Below, piece by piece: positions 1-9,890 of a stretch of 64,000 nucleotides of DNA. The stretch is taken from positions 10,035-74,034 of the forward strand of contig CAZZPP010000005.1 of the NCBI GenBank assembly GCA_964655705.1, read 5' to 3'. Each line of letters opens with the position of its first letter. Position 1 is the stretch's first letter. The notes below the pieces were generated by a model. The model ran no database searches and had not been told where the DNA came from. It worked only from the letters and a program-made list of their open reading frames with translations. This DNA comes from an uncultured Candidatus Saccharibacteria bacterium. Its GTDB lineage: Bacteria; Patescibacteriota; Dojkabacteria; SC72. Both the position numbers and the translations under genes were made by a program.

Positions 1-593
1 TCATGATAGCTAATATCTATATTCTTATTTTCTTTATTTAATTTGAAGACAGAAGATATTATTAGGTATTTATTCTTTTTAGAAGATTTGAATATACTAT
101 TCCTATATGAGTACTCACACATACTATTTGAAAATATTTGAGATTTACCATTTTCTAAATCTATTGTATTCACACTTTCAACAACATCCATGATATTCTG
201 GCCATAAGCAGCAATATTTTGTGATACTGCCCCCCCTATACTACTTGGGATATCTACCATATTCTCAATACCTTGATACTCATTTCTTACACACCATCTT
301 ACGAATTTATCCCAATCATTCCCAGAATATATCTCTATCCATACATTATTACTATCCTCTTTTACGATTCTTTTACCTTTAAAAAGGGGTCTAACGACTA
401 ATCCATCGTAGTTATTTCTGAAAAGAATATTATTTCCTTGTCCCAATATGAGGAGTTTTGCCTTTTTGTAAATGTCTGAGTTTAGCAAATATTTAGTACT
501 TCGATCACTAGTTAATTCGATGTAATACTTTGCTTTAACATCTACACCATATTGGTTTAAATCTTTCAGACTTCTATCTTTGTGAATACCCAT
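1..593 (-). CDS. murB: UDP-N-acetylenolpyruvoylglucosamine reductase (3' end runs off the window)
   Basis: Manual translation from the ATG at 593 gives MGIHKDRSLKDLNQYGVDVKAKYY...LILGQGNNILF...GIENMVDIPSSIGGAVSQNIAAYG, the MurB FAD-binding motifs; lies downstream of murG. Confidence 0.9.
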   Translation of the reverse strand, partial: MGIHKDRSLKDLNQYGVDVKAKYYIELTSDRSTKYLLNSDIYKKAKLLILGQGNNILFRNNYDGLVVRPLFKGKRIVKEDSNNVWIEIYSGNDWDKFVRWCVRNEYQGIENMVDIPSSIGGAVSQNIAAYGQNIMDVVESVNTIDLENGKSQIFSNSMCEYSYRNSIFKSSKKNKYLIISSVFKLNKENKNIDISYH

Positions 594-633
594 ATATATC
601 TTCAATTATATATGAATTAAGGAGTGAAATCTT

Positions 634-1815
634 TTACTTACTCATTTCAGAGTCTAAAATATCATCCAACATTTTGTATATTGCATTAGTTGGAAAAAGT
701 TTTTCTAATCTCTTGGTATCAATCTCTCGCATAGCAGTCTGTTTCTGGAATCTCTCAATCTCCTCTTGAAGATTACACTCCTTAAGGTATTTCTCTTCCA
801 AAATATTTGCAATACCAATATCAGAAAGTACTTTAGCATTTAGATATTGCTCGTTGTGTGTTACCCAAGGAATTGGGATGAAGAGGGCATACTTTTTAAG
901 GACACCAATCTCATATACCGTATTAGCACCAGATCTACCTACAAAGAAATCCATCCCATTTAATACATACCCAATACTATCACTTTCTACATATTTCTTT
1001 ACAACGAATCTTTCTTTAAGTGTACTAGGTAATTTGTTCTTTTCTTCAATCGCTTTCTCGTAATCCTTGTGTACCTCATTATCTCCTGTTTGCAAAAGTA
1101 CCCGGTACTTTCTTAAAAGGTCATTTAAAGAATCAAAAACCTTTGTATTAATACTATGTGAGCCTAGACTACCACCAGATATATATATGAAAGGTAGATC
1201 TTTGTTAGTTACCATGAGGGATATAATCTCTTTATCTGTATGGGGTAATATATTTTTAGAGAATATATTCTTCTTAAGAACATTTCCTGAGTGTAGGACC
1301 CTGTTTTTAGGGAAATATTTGATTGAATCTTTGAAAGAGATATATATCTTTTTAGAGAATTTCCCAACAATCTTGTTAGAAAGTCCCACAGAAGCAGTCT
1401 GCTCATGAAGATATATGGGTTTTTTAAACAGCCAACCTGAGATACATACAGGAACGGATATGAAGCCACCTGAGGAAATGATTAAGGTTGGGTTACTCTT
1501 TCTAATGATGGAGAGAGAATCAAGAAACCCGAGTACAGTTCTTAAAAGTAAAAACATTGTACTTAAACCAAGCTTTCTTTGTAATTTACCTGCACGTATG
1601 AAGTAGGTCTTAAATTTACTCCCCTTGAAGAGTTTCTGCTCAAGGGAATTTCCTTTTTTTTCTCCCTCCATTCCCAAATCTCCTCCAACATATATGATAT
1701 TTTCAATGGGGAAGTTGTAATCCTCAATTAGGGTATCTATTAAAGCTTTTGCAACAGAAAGATGTCCACCACTTCCTCCTCCTGTAATTAATACTGTAAT
1801 ATCTTTCTTAAGCAT
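634..1815 (-). CDS. murG: UDP-GlcNAc:lipid I GlcNAc transferase
   Basis: TGGGSGGH, HEQ, GGSLGS, RSGANT and HNEQYLNA motifs; start placed at the ATG at 1815, which overlaps the ftsW stop. Confidence 0.93.
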   Translation of the reverse strand: MLKKDITVLITGGGSGGHLSVAKALIDTLIEDYNFPIENIIYVGGDLGMEGEKKGNSLEQKLFKGSKFKTYFIRAGKLQRKLGLSTMFLLLRTVLGFLDSLSIIRKSNPTLIISSGGFISVPVCISGWLFKKPIYLHEQTASVGLSNKIVGKFSKKIYISFKDSIKYFPKNRVLHSGNVLKKNIFSKNILPHTDKEIISLMVTNKDLPFIYISGGSLGSHSINTKVFDSLNDLLRKYRVLLQTGDNEVHKDYEKAIEEKNKLPSTLKERFVVKKYVESDSIGYVLNGMDFFVGRSGANTVYEIGVLKKYALFIPIPWVTHNEQYLNAKVLSDIGIANILEEKYLKECNLQEEIERFQKQTAMREIDTKRLEKLFPTNAIYKMLDDILDSEMSK

Positions 1816-2989
1816 TTTTTGTATATTTACTAACATTTAAAAGTAAGCCAAACGCTACTATTGTAATTATTGTACTAGACCCTCCATATGTTAGAAAGGG
1901 GAGAGGTATTCCAGTAAGAGGTATTAGTCCAACATTAGCGGCCATATTTAAAAATGCTTGGCAAGCTAACCATACAGTAATACCTGTTGCTAAATACTGT
2001 CCTTGGTCATCTGAAGCATTAAGTGCGATTTTAAATCCCCTCCAAAGAAAAAATATCCATGAAGAGATTATGAGGATACCCCCCACTAATCCCAACTCTT
2101 CTAGTAGTACTGCAAATGTAGAATCTGTAAATGCTGTATTCTCAACTAAATACCCAAAGCGTTGTCTAGATTGTCCGAAGCCCTTTCCAAATATACCTCC
2201 ACTACCAATACCAATTAGAATTTGTTGCATTTGATATCCTGATCCTCTAGGGTCAGCTACTTCACCCTTAAAGATTAAATTAAAGTATGTTTGAATTCTT
2301 GATATTCGGTAAGGTTCGAGAATTATTGCAACTACCCCCAGTAAGAAACCCAGCGGTATTATTGCAAGCGATATATTCCTATGGAATTTATCCTTTCCAG
2401 AGAGAAAAAACATTACGAATGCAGTTACGCATATTATCATAGCAGTACCCAAATCAGGTTCAAAGAGTACTAGTAGTCCTACAACTCCTAATATTGAGAC
2501 AAAGGGAATGAATGATTTAAGGAACTCATTTTTAGAGGAGTTTTTTTTAGATGTTTTTTGATTAATCTTTGAAAACCACGAAGCGAAGTACATTACAATT
2601 GCTAATTTAGCAAACTCCGCAGGCTGTATCTGTGGAAGTCCCCCAATTTGGAACCACCTTTTAGATCCATTTACTTCTTGTCCAAAAGCTAATACCAAGA
2701 TCAGGAGGATGATTACTACTATCAAGAAAGGGAAGGAGAATTTCAAAAGTTTCCTGTAATCAACTATATATGCAATGAAACCACCAATACCTCCTAAAAA
2801 AAGCCAGAGGATTTGTTGAATCAAGAAATGGAATTGGTTATTGAACTCTTGATTAGCCATATATACACTAGCACCAAATATCATAATTGCTCCAAATATT
2901 GCCATACCAATCATAAAGCCAAAAATAGACCTGTCAGGTGAATGATATTGATGGGATGCCTTCCTTTTGGTTTTCTTTTTACTCGACAT
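1808..2989 (-). CDS. ftsW: SEDS family lipid II polymerase FtsW
   Basis: NGSKRW, IQPAEFAK, EPDLGT, GYQ, TDSTFAV and PLTGIPLPFLTYGGSS motifs; immediately upstream of murG. Confidence 0.93.
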   Translation of the reverse strand: MSSKKKTKRKASHQYHSPDRSIFGFMIGMAIFGAIMIFGASVYMANQEFNNQFHFLIQQILWLFLGGIGGFIAYIVDYRKLLKFSFPFLIVVIILLILVLAFGQEVNGSKRWFQIGGLPQIQPAEFAKLAIVMYFASWFSKINQKTSKKNSSKNEFLKSFIPFVSILGVVGLLVLFEPDLGTAMIICVTAFVMFFLSGKDKFHRNISLAIIPLGFLLGVVAIILEPYRISRIQTYFNLIFKGEVADPRGSGYQMQQILIGIGSGGIFGKGFGQSRQRFGYLVENTAFTDSTFAVLLEELGLVGGILIISSWIFFLWRGFKIALNASDDQGQYLATGITVWLACQAFLNMAANVGLIPLTGIPLPFLTYGGSSTIITIVAFGLLLNVSKYTKNA

Positions 2990-3021
2990 TATATCTCTAT
3001 TAATATACTATATATCTAACT

Positions 3022-3621
3022 ATGACTCAAAGTAGGAAGAAAATTGTTATTACTGTCGGAGGTCCCGGAGGTTCAGGAATTACTACAGTATCTAAGATGT
3101 TGGCCAGGAATTTCAAGATTAAACATATTTATGCAGGAGATCTATTTAGGAAGGCAGCTAAAGAGGAGGAGTTTGAACATTTTGAAGAGTTTCTACAAGA
3201 GATATCTCTAGGTGGTAATCATTTAGATTACGAGATTGATTCATTACTAGAGGAGTATGCTAACAGGGGGGATGTAGTTATTGATAGTAAGGTGTATGGG
3301 GCTTTAGCAAAGAAGAATAACCTTAGATGTGATGTATCAATTTGGTTAGATGCTAAACAAGCCATTAAGGTTAAGAGACATTTGGCAAAAGAGAATATTA
3401 GGGGTTTGAAAAAGATTAAAAGGTACTTTGAGATAGACAGGAGATTAAGAAAAAGATACAAGATTGACAAGGAGAAGTATTGGAGATTATACAAGGTAAG
3501 GTATAATAGGCCACAATTGTATTACGATATTGTTTTGGATACTTCCATTATGAATGAGGAAGAAACATTTAATTTAATTTTAGAGAAGATTAAAGATGGA
3601 GGATACATTAAAAAGGAGTAA
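3022..3621 (+). CDS. cmk: Cytidylate kinase, archaeal-type
   Basis: ITVGGPGGSGITT P-loop variant, YAGDLFR and YDIVLDTS motifs. Confidence 0.75.
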   Translation: MTQSRKKIVITVGGPGGSGITTVSKMLARNFKIKHIYAGDLFRKAAKEEEFEHFEEFLQEISLGGNHLDYEIDSLLEEYANRGDVVIDSKVYGALAKKNNLRCDVSIWLDAKQAIKVKRHLAKENIRGLKKIKRYFEIDRRLRKRYKIDKEKYWRLYKVRYNRPQLYYDIVLDTSIMNEEETFNLILEKIKDGGYIKKE

Positions 3622-3841
3622 GCAAAATCCGACACCTCAATTGCAAGATAGAACTTCCCATATTGATCCGAATTTACCGAAGGAATATATTGAAAACAAG
3701 GAGAATCCCGAAGATTTAGATATTATATGGAGTAGATGGAAATGTCTTAAGTGTGGTTATGTGTATGAAGGAGTTGGGGAATTAAAAAAATGTCCTAAAT
3801 GTGGGAATGATAATCCAGATATGTTTATTGATGTAGATTAA
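3596..3841 (+). CDS. Small rubredoxin-like metal-binding protein
   Basis: WKCLKCGYVYEG...KCPKCG; overlaps the cmk 3' end. Confidence 0.7.
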   Translation: MEDTLKRSKQNPTPQLQDRTSHIDPNLPKEYIENKENPEDLDIIWSRWKCLKCGYVYEGVGELKKCPKCGNDNPDMFIDVD

Positions 3842-3845
3842 CCTC

Positions 3846-3929
3846 TGCCGAGAGGGGGAATCGAACCCCCACTCTATTGCTAGAACGGGATTTTAAGTCC
3901 CGCGCGTCTGCCTATTCCGCCATCTCGGC
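3846..3929 (-). tRNA. tRNA-Leu(TAA), CCA not encoded
   Basis: Minus strand GCCGAGATGGCGGAATAGGCAGACGCGCGGGAC-TTAAAA-TCCCG...GGTTCGATTCCCCCTCTCGGCA; long variable arm. Confidence 0.96.
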
Positions 3930-3974
3930 ATAAATATGTGTATTCTAATATACAAAACACTATTTATCAATATA

Positions 3975-4050
3975 TGGAGGTGACGATGGGACTCGAACCC
4001 ATGATAGTGGTTTTGCAGACCACGGCCTTAACCAGCTTGGCTACGTCACC
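3975..4050 (-). tRNA. tRNA-Cys(GCA), CCA encoded
   Basis: Minus strand GGTGACGTAGCCAAGCTGGTTAAGGCCGTGGT-CTGCAAA-ACCAC...GGTTCGAGTCCCATCGTCACCTCCA. Confidence 0.96.
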
Positions 4051-4056
4051 TAATAG

Positions 4057-5481
4057 TTAAGATCCAATTACATCTTTTACCACTGAGATTTCGAGTATTG
4101 TATTGTTGGATCTATTTTTAATAGAACTGCCACTAATAATAGCAATTTTATCATCTAAATCCAACTCCCCGTAGGAGTATATGCACTCTACACTCTGTTT
4201 GATTACATCATCCCGGTCCAAGGACAAACTCTTTGAGTAGAAGCCCTTAACTCCTCTTAGTAACGCATTTTGTCTAATTCTTTGAATATCATTTCCAACC
4301 TCCCATATGGGGATAGTAAGTCTATGTCTAGAAATACTTTGAGAGGTTTTCCCACTTTGTGATATGACAACTACACCTTTAAGATGTAATTGCTCAACGA
4401 TATCAAACAATGCACTAGAGAGTACATCAGTATCAATACTGGCTTGGGTATATCCAACAATCTTTTGAGGTTTAAGTACATTCTCTACCTTGAGTGCAAT
4501 ATCATTCATCATCTTAACTGCTAAAGCGGGATATTTCCCAGTAGAGGTCTCTGCTGAAAGCATAACTGCATCACAGCCATCCATTATTGAATTAGCAACA
4601 TCGCTAACCTCAGCTCTTGTAGGCCTAATATTTTCTTTCATAGATTCAAGCATTTGAGTAGCAACTATTACAGGTTTACCTACACACCTACACTTGTATA
4701 TCATCTGTTTTTGAATAATGGGGACCTCCTCTAAAGGAATTTCAACTCCCATATCTCCCCTTGCTATCATTACACCATCTACAAAGTTTAGTATCTGATC
4801 AAAATTATCTATCCCCTCTCTATCCTCAATCTTAGCTATTAATTTTGTTTGAGTATTACCCATTGCCTCTCTAACCTTAGCAACATCATTAATGTTACGT
4901 ATAAAGGAGGCAGATATATAATCAAAACCATTCTGGACACCAAATTTAATATCATCAATATCTTTCTTACTAAGAGAAGGGAAATTTAAATGAGTATTTG
5001 GTATATTTACAGTCTTTTTTGTTTTTAATAGACCTCCTTGAACTACACTACAAAATACTTCCTGATTTTTAATATCTAAAACCTTTAGAGAAATACTCCC
5101 ATCATCTAGAAGTATTAATGTTCCTCTAGAGATATCGTTATGTAAGGAAGGATATGTAATTTGAATATATTTATCAGAAACCTGTGTATCCTTACTATAC
5201 TCATCAGAGATTATTATAACTGAATCACCTTGCTTTAATTCCCTTTCATTTTCAAAACCTGTAACCCGAATCTTGTATCCTTTTGTATCTAGCATAATAG
5301 CTACTCTAGGACTTAAATTTCTAATACTTTTAGATACCCTATTTAGTTCGTCAAAGTCCGCAAAAGAAGCATTTATTCTTGCTACATCCATCCCATTATT
5401 TATCATATCTTTAAGGATTTGTTCATCCCATGAAGATGGTCCAATGGTAGCAACAATTTTTGTTTTACAAAATTCCTCCAT
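4057..5481 (-). CDS. pyk: Pyruvate kinase
   Basis: KTKIVATIGP, IAKIE, MIARGDMGVE, ATQMLESM and PTRAEVSDVAN motifs; start probably MEEFCK at 5481. Confidence 0.96.
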   Translation of the reverse strand: MEEFCKTKIVATIGPSSWDEQILKDMINNGMDVARINASFADFDELNRVSKSIRNLSPRVAIMLDTKGYKIRVTGFENERELKQGDSVIIISDEYSKDTQVSDKYIQITYPSLHNDISRGTLILLDDGSISLKVLDIKNQEVFCSVVQGGLLKTKKTVNIPNTHLNFPSLSKKDIDDIKFGVQNGFDYISASFIRNINDVAKVREAMGNTQTKLIAKIEDREGIDNFDQILNFVDGVMIARGDMGVEIPLEEVPIIQKQMIYKCRCVGKPVIVATQMLESMKENIRPTRAEVSDVANSIMDGCDAVMLSAETSTGKYPALAVKMMNDIALKVENVLKPQKIVGYTQASIDTDVLSSALFDIVEQLHLKGVVVISQSGKTSQSISRHRLTIPIWEVGNDIQRIRQNALLRGVKGFYSKSLSLDRDDVIKQSVECIYSYGELDLDDKIAIISGSSIKNRSNNTILEISVVKDVIGS

Positions 5482-5607
5482 ATATCCAATATACATTAGG
5501 CATTATATTTAAAACAACTCTTGCCTTATCCTATATTATTTATATTTGCATTTATATATTCAAAATATATAAAATGCTAATACATATTAGATTAGTGATA
5601 TGAGAGT

Positions 5608-6015
5608 ATGAAAAAATTCCTAAGTAGATTAATTCAATATATGCTATCAGCGTATTTTGTTCTTACCATATATATTGGTATAACTATGCCCACAAGTCCC
5701 ATATATATTATTTCCTCTTTAGGGATGCTTTCCTTAGGAATATTCTTGTCCTCAGTTATACTTGGTTTTCTAACAATCAAAGAAAATTTCCTTACTTCCT
5801 CTCTAATGATATCTCTAATTTCTTTTGGGATACTATTCTTACTCCAAGAATTCATGCCTGGTTTTAATATATCAGAATATCCCTATGAAGGGATAAATAG
5901 TGGGAAATTAGTAATTCATTCCTTTCTTGTTACCCCCATTATTACCATGGCTATACTAAGTATTACATACTCTTTCATTTCTTCACTTCTAAAAGCTTTT
6001 GAGAAAAATTCCTAA
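5608..6015 (+). CDS. Small 4-TM membrane protein
   Basis: 135 aa with four hydrophobic segments; upstream of secG. Confidence 0.6.
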   Translation: MKKFLSRLIQYMLSAYFVLTIYIGITMPTSPIYIISSLGMLSLGIFLSSVILGFLTIKENFLTSSLMISLISFGILFLLQEFMPGFNISEYPYEGINSGKLVIHSFLVTPIITMAILSITYSFISSLLKAFEKNS

Positions 6016-6033
6016 TGTAGTATAATCAGAGTT

Positions 6034-6267
6034 ATGAACTCTAATATACAAAATATTCTACTTTACGCTCAGATAGGGATCTGTGTGTTAATAGTAATAT
6101 CAATACTCATGCAAAACAGAGCAGAAGGATTGGGTAAGATGTTTGGTGGAGGTGGTGAAGTATTCAGAACAAAAAGAGGTTTAGAGAAGTTTCTTTACTA
6201 TTTTACAATTGTATTAGCTTTCTTACTTGTAGTAGTATCTCTGTTGATATATAAATATTCTGCCTAG
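6034..6267 (+). CDS. secG: Preprotein translocase subunit SecG
   Basis: ILMQNRAEGLGKMFGGGGEVFRTKRGLEKFL; two TM segments. Confidence 0.92.
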   Translation: MNSNIQNILLYAQIGICVLIVISILMQNRAEGLGKMFGGGGEVFRTKRGLEKFLYYFTIVLAFLLVVVSLLIYKYSA

Positions 6268-6276
6268 GTATTCATA

Positions 6277-8052
6277 ATGGGTGATTTAAAAGGTAAGGAA
6301 AATACAATCAGTAAGTCCATGAAAGAGGCGTTTCAATCTATACGTCCTTCCCATGCGGTTATTAATGTAGGCAGTAAGTCAAAGAAGATTTCACTTAGAG
6401 ATTGGTTATGGCAATATCCCTTAAATATTGGGAAATTTCTGAAGGATACAGCTCCTTTAAGTTTCATAATTATATTTTCTATCCTGGGTATTGGTATATT
6501 TACATTCTTAACTAGTTCTTCATTTGCAAATGTAATTGTTAAAGAAAAGGATGATATATTTGTTGAAGGTAGTGTTGGTGCAATATCTTCTTTTAATCCC
6601 ATCTTTACATCCCAGAGTAATGTAGATGCAGATATTAGGGCTTTAGCATTTGAAAAATTCATCAATATCTCAAGTAATGGTAAACCACTAGAGGGTATAG
6701 CCAAGGAGTGGTCTGTTTCGGCAGATGGGAAAACATATGAATTTGTAATTGAGGATTCTCATATATGGCAGGATGGAATGCCCCTTACCATAGATGATAT
6801 CCTTTTTACTTTTGAGATATCAAAAGAACTGTCCTCAAAATATAACTATGATACTATTGGTTCTCCACTTGTTGATGTATTAATTGAGAAAGTTGATGAG
6901 AGTAGAATTAAGTTTACTCTTAATCAAAGCAGCGCGACCTTTTTTGAGGCAGTTTCTGTATATATAATCCCAAAGCACAGATTTGAAAATATTGATGTAA
7001 TTGATATACCTTTTGACTCATTTGCTAAATATCCCCTAGGCTCTGGTCCATATGAAGTGTATAGGTCAGAACCTAATGTAGTGTATCTAAGAGCTTCTCA
7101 GTATTATCCTCAGAAACCTAAGATTGATACCTTCATATATCGCCTCTATTCTAGCTATGATGCACTTGAGGCTGCTTTCAGAAATGGTATCTTAGATGCT
7201 ATGGGTACTGTAGATGAGTTTAGTATCTCTTACAAGGATGAATACTCGGGGTACAGGCAGTACTCTGTAGTAATAAATTCCCGTTTAAGGATGATATTTT
7301 TTAATACTAGGAAAGAAAGATTAGAGAACAAGGATATTAGGATTGCTCTTAATCACTTAACAAACAAGGAGTTATTACTTGAGAAGGCCAAGATTTCTGG
7401 GAAGTTAGCTTATGGCCCTATTGCAGAAACATCTTGGGCTTACAAAGAGGATAGTATTGTAAAGTATGAATATAATCCAGAAAAAGCTAAAGAGATTTTC
7501 AATAGACTTGGGTACGTTCGTAGTGATTCAAATGAGTATTATGAGACTGAAGATAAAAAGATTCTAAGTTTTGGACTTAGTTACTATGAAAACACTCTTA
7601 ATGAGAGGATAGCTCTGGCACTTAAAGAGTTATGGAAAGAGGAAGGTATTGTATTAGAACTAGAGCCTCTTTCATATACACAGTTAACCCAAGAGATTGT
7701 TGCTACTCGAGATTTTGAAATGCTTATGTATGAGGTTGAAACAACTATTGATCCTGATCAATATAATCTTTGGCATTCCCTTAAGGTTAGCTATCCTGAT
7801 TTAAATCTTTCAGGATATAGTTATGAGAGGGTAGACATACTATTAGAAGAAGCAAGACAAAGTATAAAGGAAGAGAAACGTTCTTCTAACTACGCCCTAT
7901 TTCAAAAGTATCTAACACAGGATGCTCCAGTCATATTCCTCTATCATCCTAACTATGTATATTTAGTTAGGGATAACATAAAGATTTCTGATATTAGTAA
8001 TATTCTTTATCCCTATCAGAGATTTGAAAATATTGCACTTTGGGAGAAATAA
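6277..8052 (+). CDS. Peptide/nickel ABC transporter substrate-binding protein (family 5), membrane anchored
   Basis: AKEWSVSADGKTYEF, WQDGMPLTIDDILFT and PLGSGPY motifs. Confidence 0.88.
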   Translation: MGDLKGKENTISKSMKEAFQSIRPSHAVINVGSKSKKISLRDWLWQYPLNIGKFLKDTAPLSFIIIFSILGIGIFTFLTSSSFANVIVKEKDDIFVEGSVGAISSFNPIFTSQSNVDADIRALAFEKFINISSNGKPLEGIAKEWSVSADGKTYEFVIEDSHIWQDGMPLTIDDILFTFEISKELSSKYNYDTIGSPLVDVLIEKVDESRIKFTLNQSSATFFEAVSVYIIPKHRFENIDVIDIPFDSFAKYPLGSGPYEVYRSEPNVVYLRASQYYPQKPKIDTFIYRLYSSYDALEAAFRNGILDAMGTVDEFSISYKDEYSGYRQYSVVINSRLRMIFFNTRKERLENKDIRIALNHLTNKELLLEKAKISGKLAYGPIAETSWAYKEDSIVKYEYNPEKAKEIFNRLGYVRSDSNEYYETEDKKILSFGLSYYENTLNERIALALKELWKEEGIVLELEPLSYTQLTQEIVATRDFEMLMYEVETTIDPDQYNLWHSLKVSYPDLNLSGYSYERVDILLEEARQSIKEEKRSSNYALFQKYLTQDAPVIFLYHPNYVYLVRDNIKISDISNILYPYQRFENIALWEK

Positions 8053-8053
8053 T

Positions 8054-8138
8054 TGCCAGAAGGGGGATTTGAACCCCCACCCTCTTAACGAAGACTACGT
8101 TCTGAACGTAGCGTGTCTGCCAGTTCCACCATTCCGGC
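8054..8138 (-). tRNA. tRNA-Leu(CAG), CCA not encoded
   Basis: Minus strand GCCGGAATGGTGGAACTGGCAGACACGCTACG-TTCAGAA-CGTAG...GGTTCAAATCCCCCTTCTGGCA. Confidence 0.95.
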
Positions 8139-8168
8139 TGGTAAAAGATTCTATCACATTTCAGCCTA

Positions 8169-9302
8169 CTATGGCTCTTCTTTAGAGGTAAGGGATATTT
8201 TAACTTTGTTCTTTTTCTTTACTTCTTTTCCTGTTGTATCATCGGGATCGACCATTTTGTATTTCTTAAGAAATACATCTTTGTTGATAATGGTTTCTTT
8301 TTTTACTTCCTCACTCTTTTCCTCCTTCTCCTTTTCTTCTTCCTCTTTCACATCTACCTTTTCTCCTCCAAAAATCTCTCTTAGAGTTTTGTTACCATCT
8401 TCATTTTTAGTATTGTCTTTAATGATTAATTGCTCAACTTCTTTAATCTTTTTTTCTGAACTCGATCTAAAGAGTATATTTTTGAAAAAAATGGTAAGAA
8501 TAATAGTGGAGAAGAACACACCAACTAGAAGATATATTAAATCGGGATTCTGTTTTAAAACAGTAGAAACATTATCCATATTCAAACTACTGAAAGAGAA
8601 ATATATCTCCTTACTATCACTGGAGGAGGTATCATCACTAACTAATGCTCCAACAGTAAATGTAACTGGGGAAGAGAGTGTACTTGCATATCCATATTTT
8701 CGTGTATATGAAGTAAAAGTATATATACCTTCTGACAGCCCCCCCTCGGGAGCAATTGTTGTTGACCAAGTCCCATCAGAATTTACTGTGAGAATATCAG
8801 TTGTATTAAATGCGTTTGAACTGAGGGTATATATAACGTCGGAATTTGCTAAAGCAGTACCTGATATTGATATTGAGTCTTGCCCTACCGTTGGAGTATC
8901 TGTTATGGGAGATCTGGGAACAACTGTTAGGTCATACTCTAGTACTTTAACTGTATCACTTTCATCATTGAAACGGAATTTAACAACATGGTTACCAATA
9001 CTTAGTGCAGGGAATGTATATGGGCTAGTAATTTTGTTAAAACTAGTTTCATCAATATCAATCTCAACTCCACTTTCGTTAGGAGAGGGATCTTTAAAGG
9101 TAATTATTATACTTGGGTTATCTGTATATTTAGGTATTGTAAAACCTAGTAGATTAGCAATATCCTCGTTTCTCTCTTGGTCCTTTTGATTAAGTTCCTC
9201 AATTTCGGATGCCATTACCTGTTGTATGGGAGTATCCTGTTGAGCAAATGAATATAGCGGGAAAAGAGATAACAGTAGAAGGGACAGTATTACTTTTCGC
9301 AT
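8169..9302 (-). CDS. Exported Ig-like (Big) domain membrane protein with charged cytoplasmic tail
   Basis: Signal peptide; ISGTALANS...VNSDGTWS...LSEGIYTFT Ig-like pattern; one TM; Lys/Glu-rich C-terminus. Confidence 0.65.
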   Translation of the reverse strand: MRKVILSLLLLSLFPLYSFAQQDTPIQQVMASEIEELNQKDQERNEDIANLLGFTIPKYTDNPSIIITFKDPSPNESGVEIDIDETSFNKITSPYTFPALSIGNHVVKFRFNDESDTVKVLEYDLTVVPRSPITDTPTVGQDSISISGTALANSDVIYTLSSNAFNTTDILTVNSDGTWSTTIAPEGGLSEGIYTFTSYTRKYGYASTLSSPVTFTVGALVSDDTSSSDSKEIYFSFSSLNMDNVSTVLKQNPDLIYLLVGVFFSTIILTIFFKNILFRSSSEKKIKEVEQLIIKDNTKNEDGNKTLREIFGGEKVDVKEEEEKEKEEKSEEVKKETIINKDVFLKKYKMVDPDDTTGKEVKKKNKVKISLTSKEEP

Positions 9303-9357
9303 AGTTATTATCTAATAAATAAAAGTGTACATACCTATTGTATATTGAAAAGATATT

Positions 9358-9849
9358 CTAGTCTACTAATTTGTCAATGAAAAGAATCCCTTGTGTATGA
9401 TCATACTCATGTTGAATCTCTCTAGCTTCTTGATTTGAAAAGATTTCTTTCTTCGTCTTTCCATTTCTGTCTAGGTACTTAACCTTAATCTTTTTAAATC
9501 TACAAACCTTACCCTCTTGATTTGGAACACTTAAGCAACCTTCTACTCCAACAACTTGATCCTTTTTAATAACTTTAATCTCAGGGTTGATCATAAGTTC
9601 AAAATCTCCACTATCTTCTCTTAGAATGCAAAAAATATTTTTATCTATCCCTACTTGTATTGCTGCTAATCCTGCAGCCGAGTAGCCTTCTTCGGTTTCA
9701 ACCTTTTTTGCTGTAAAGAGTAAATCATCCAGGAATGATTGAAACTGAGTCTCAGGGATATCCTTCTTGCTCACCTGTATACATTTCTTTCGTAGAAACT
9801 TTTCCTCTTTTCTATCTTTAATTGTATATATATCTAGTATTTTTGGCAT
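9358..9849 (-). CDS. def: Peptide deformylase
   Basis: GLAAIQVG, EGCLS and QHEYDH motifs. Confidence 0.95.
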   Translation of the reverse strand: MPKILDIYTIKDRKEEKFLRKKCIQVSKKDIPETQFQSFLDDLLFTAKKVETEEGYSAAGLAAIQVGIDKNIFCILREDSGDFELMINPEIKVIKKDQVVGVEGCLSVPNQEGKVCRFKKIKVKYLDRNGKTKKEIFSNQEAREIQHEYDHTQGILFIDKLVD

Positions 9850-9890
9850 CCCCCAATTATATCATACGAATATCTCCACCACTCTTACCT

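Noticed and set aside
3046-3087. Missing Walker A Lys in cmk (GSGITT)
   Set aside because: Archaeal-type Cmk proteins often lack Lys at this position, so this is not evidence of inactivation
8113-9189. 358-aa + strand ORF
   Set aside because: Antisense shadow of the exported protein 8169-9302; it starts inside tRNA-Leu, and its Ser/Phe-rich composition mirrors the Lys/Glu codons on the other strand
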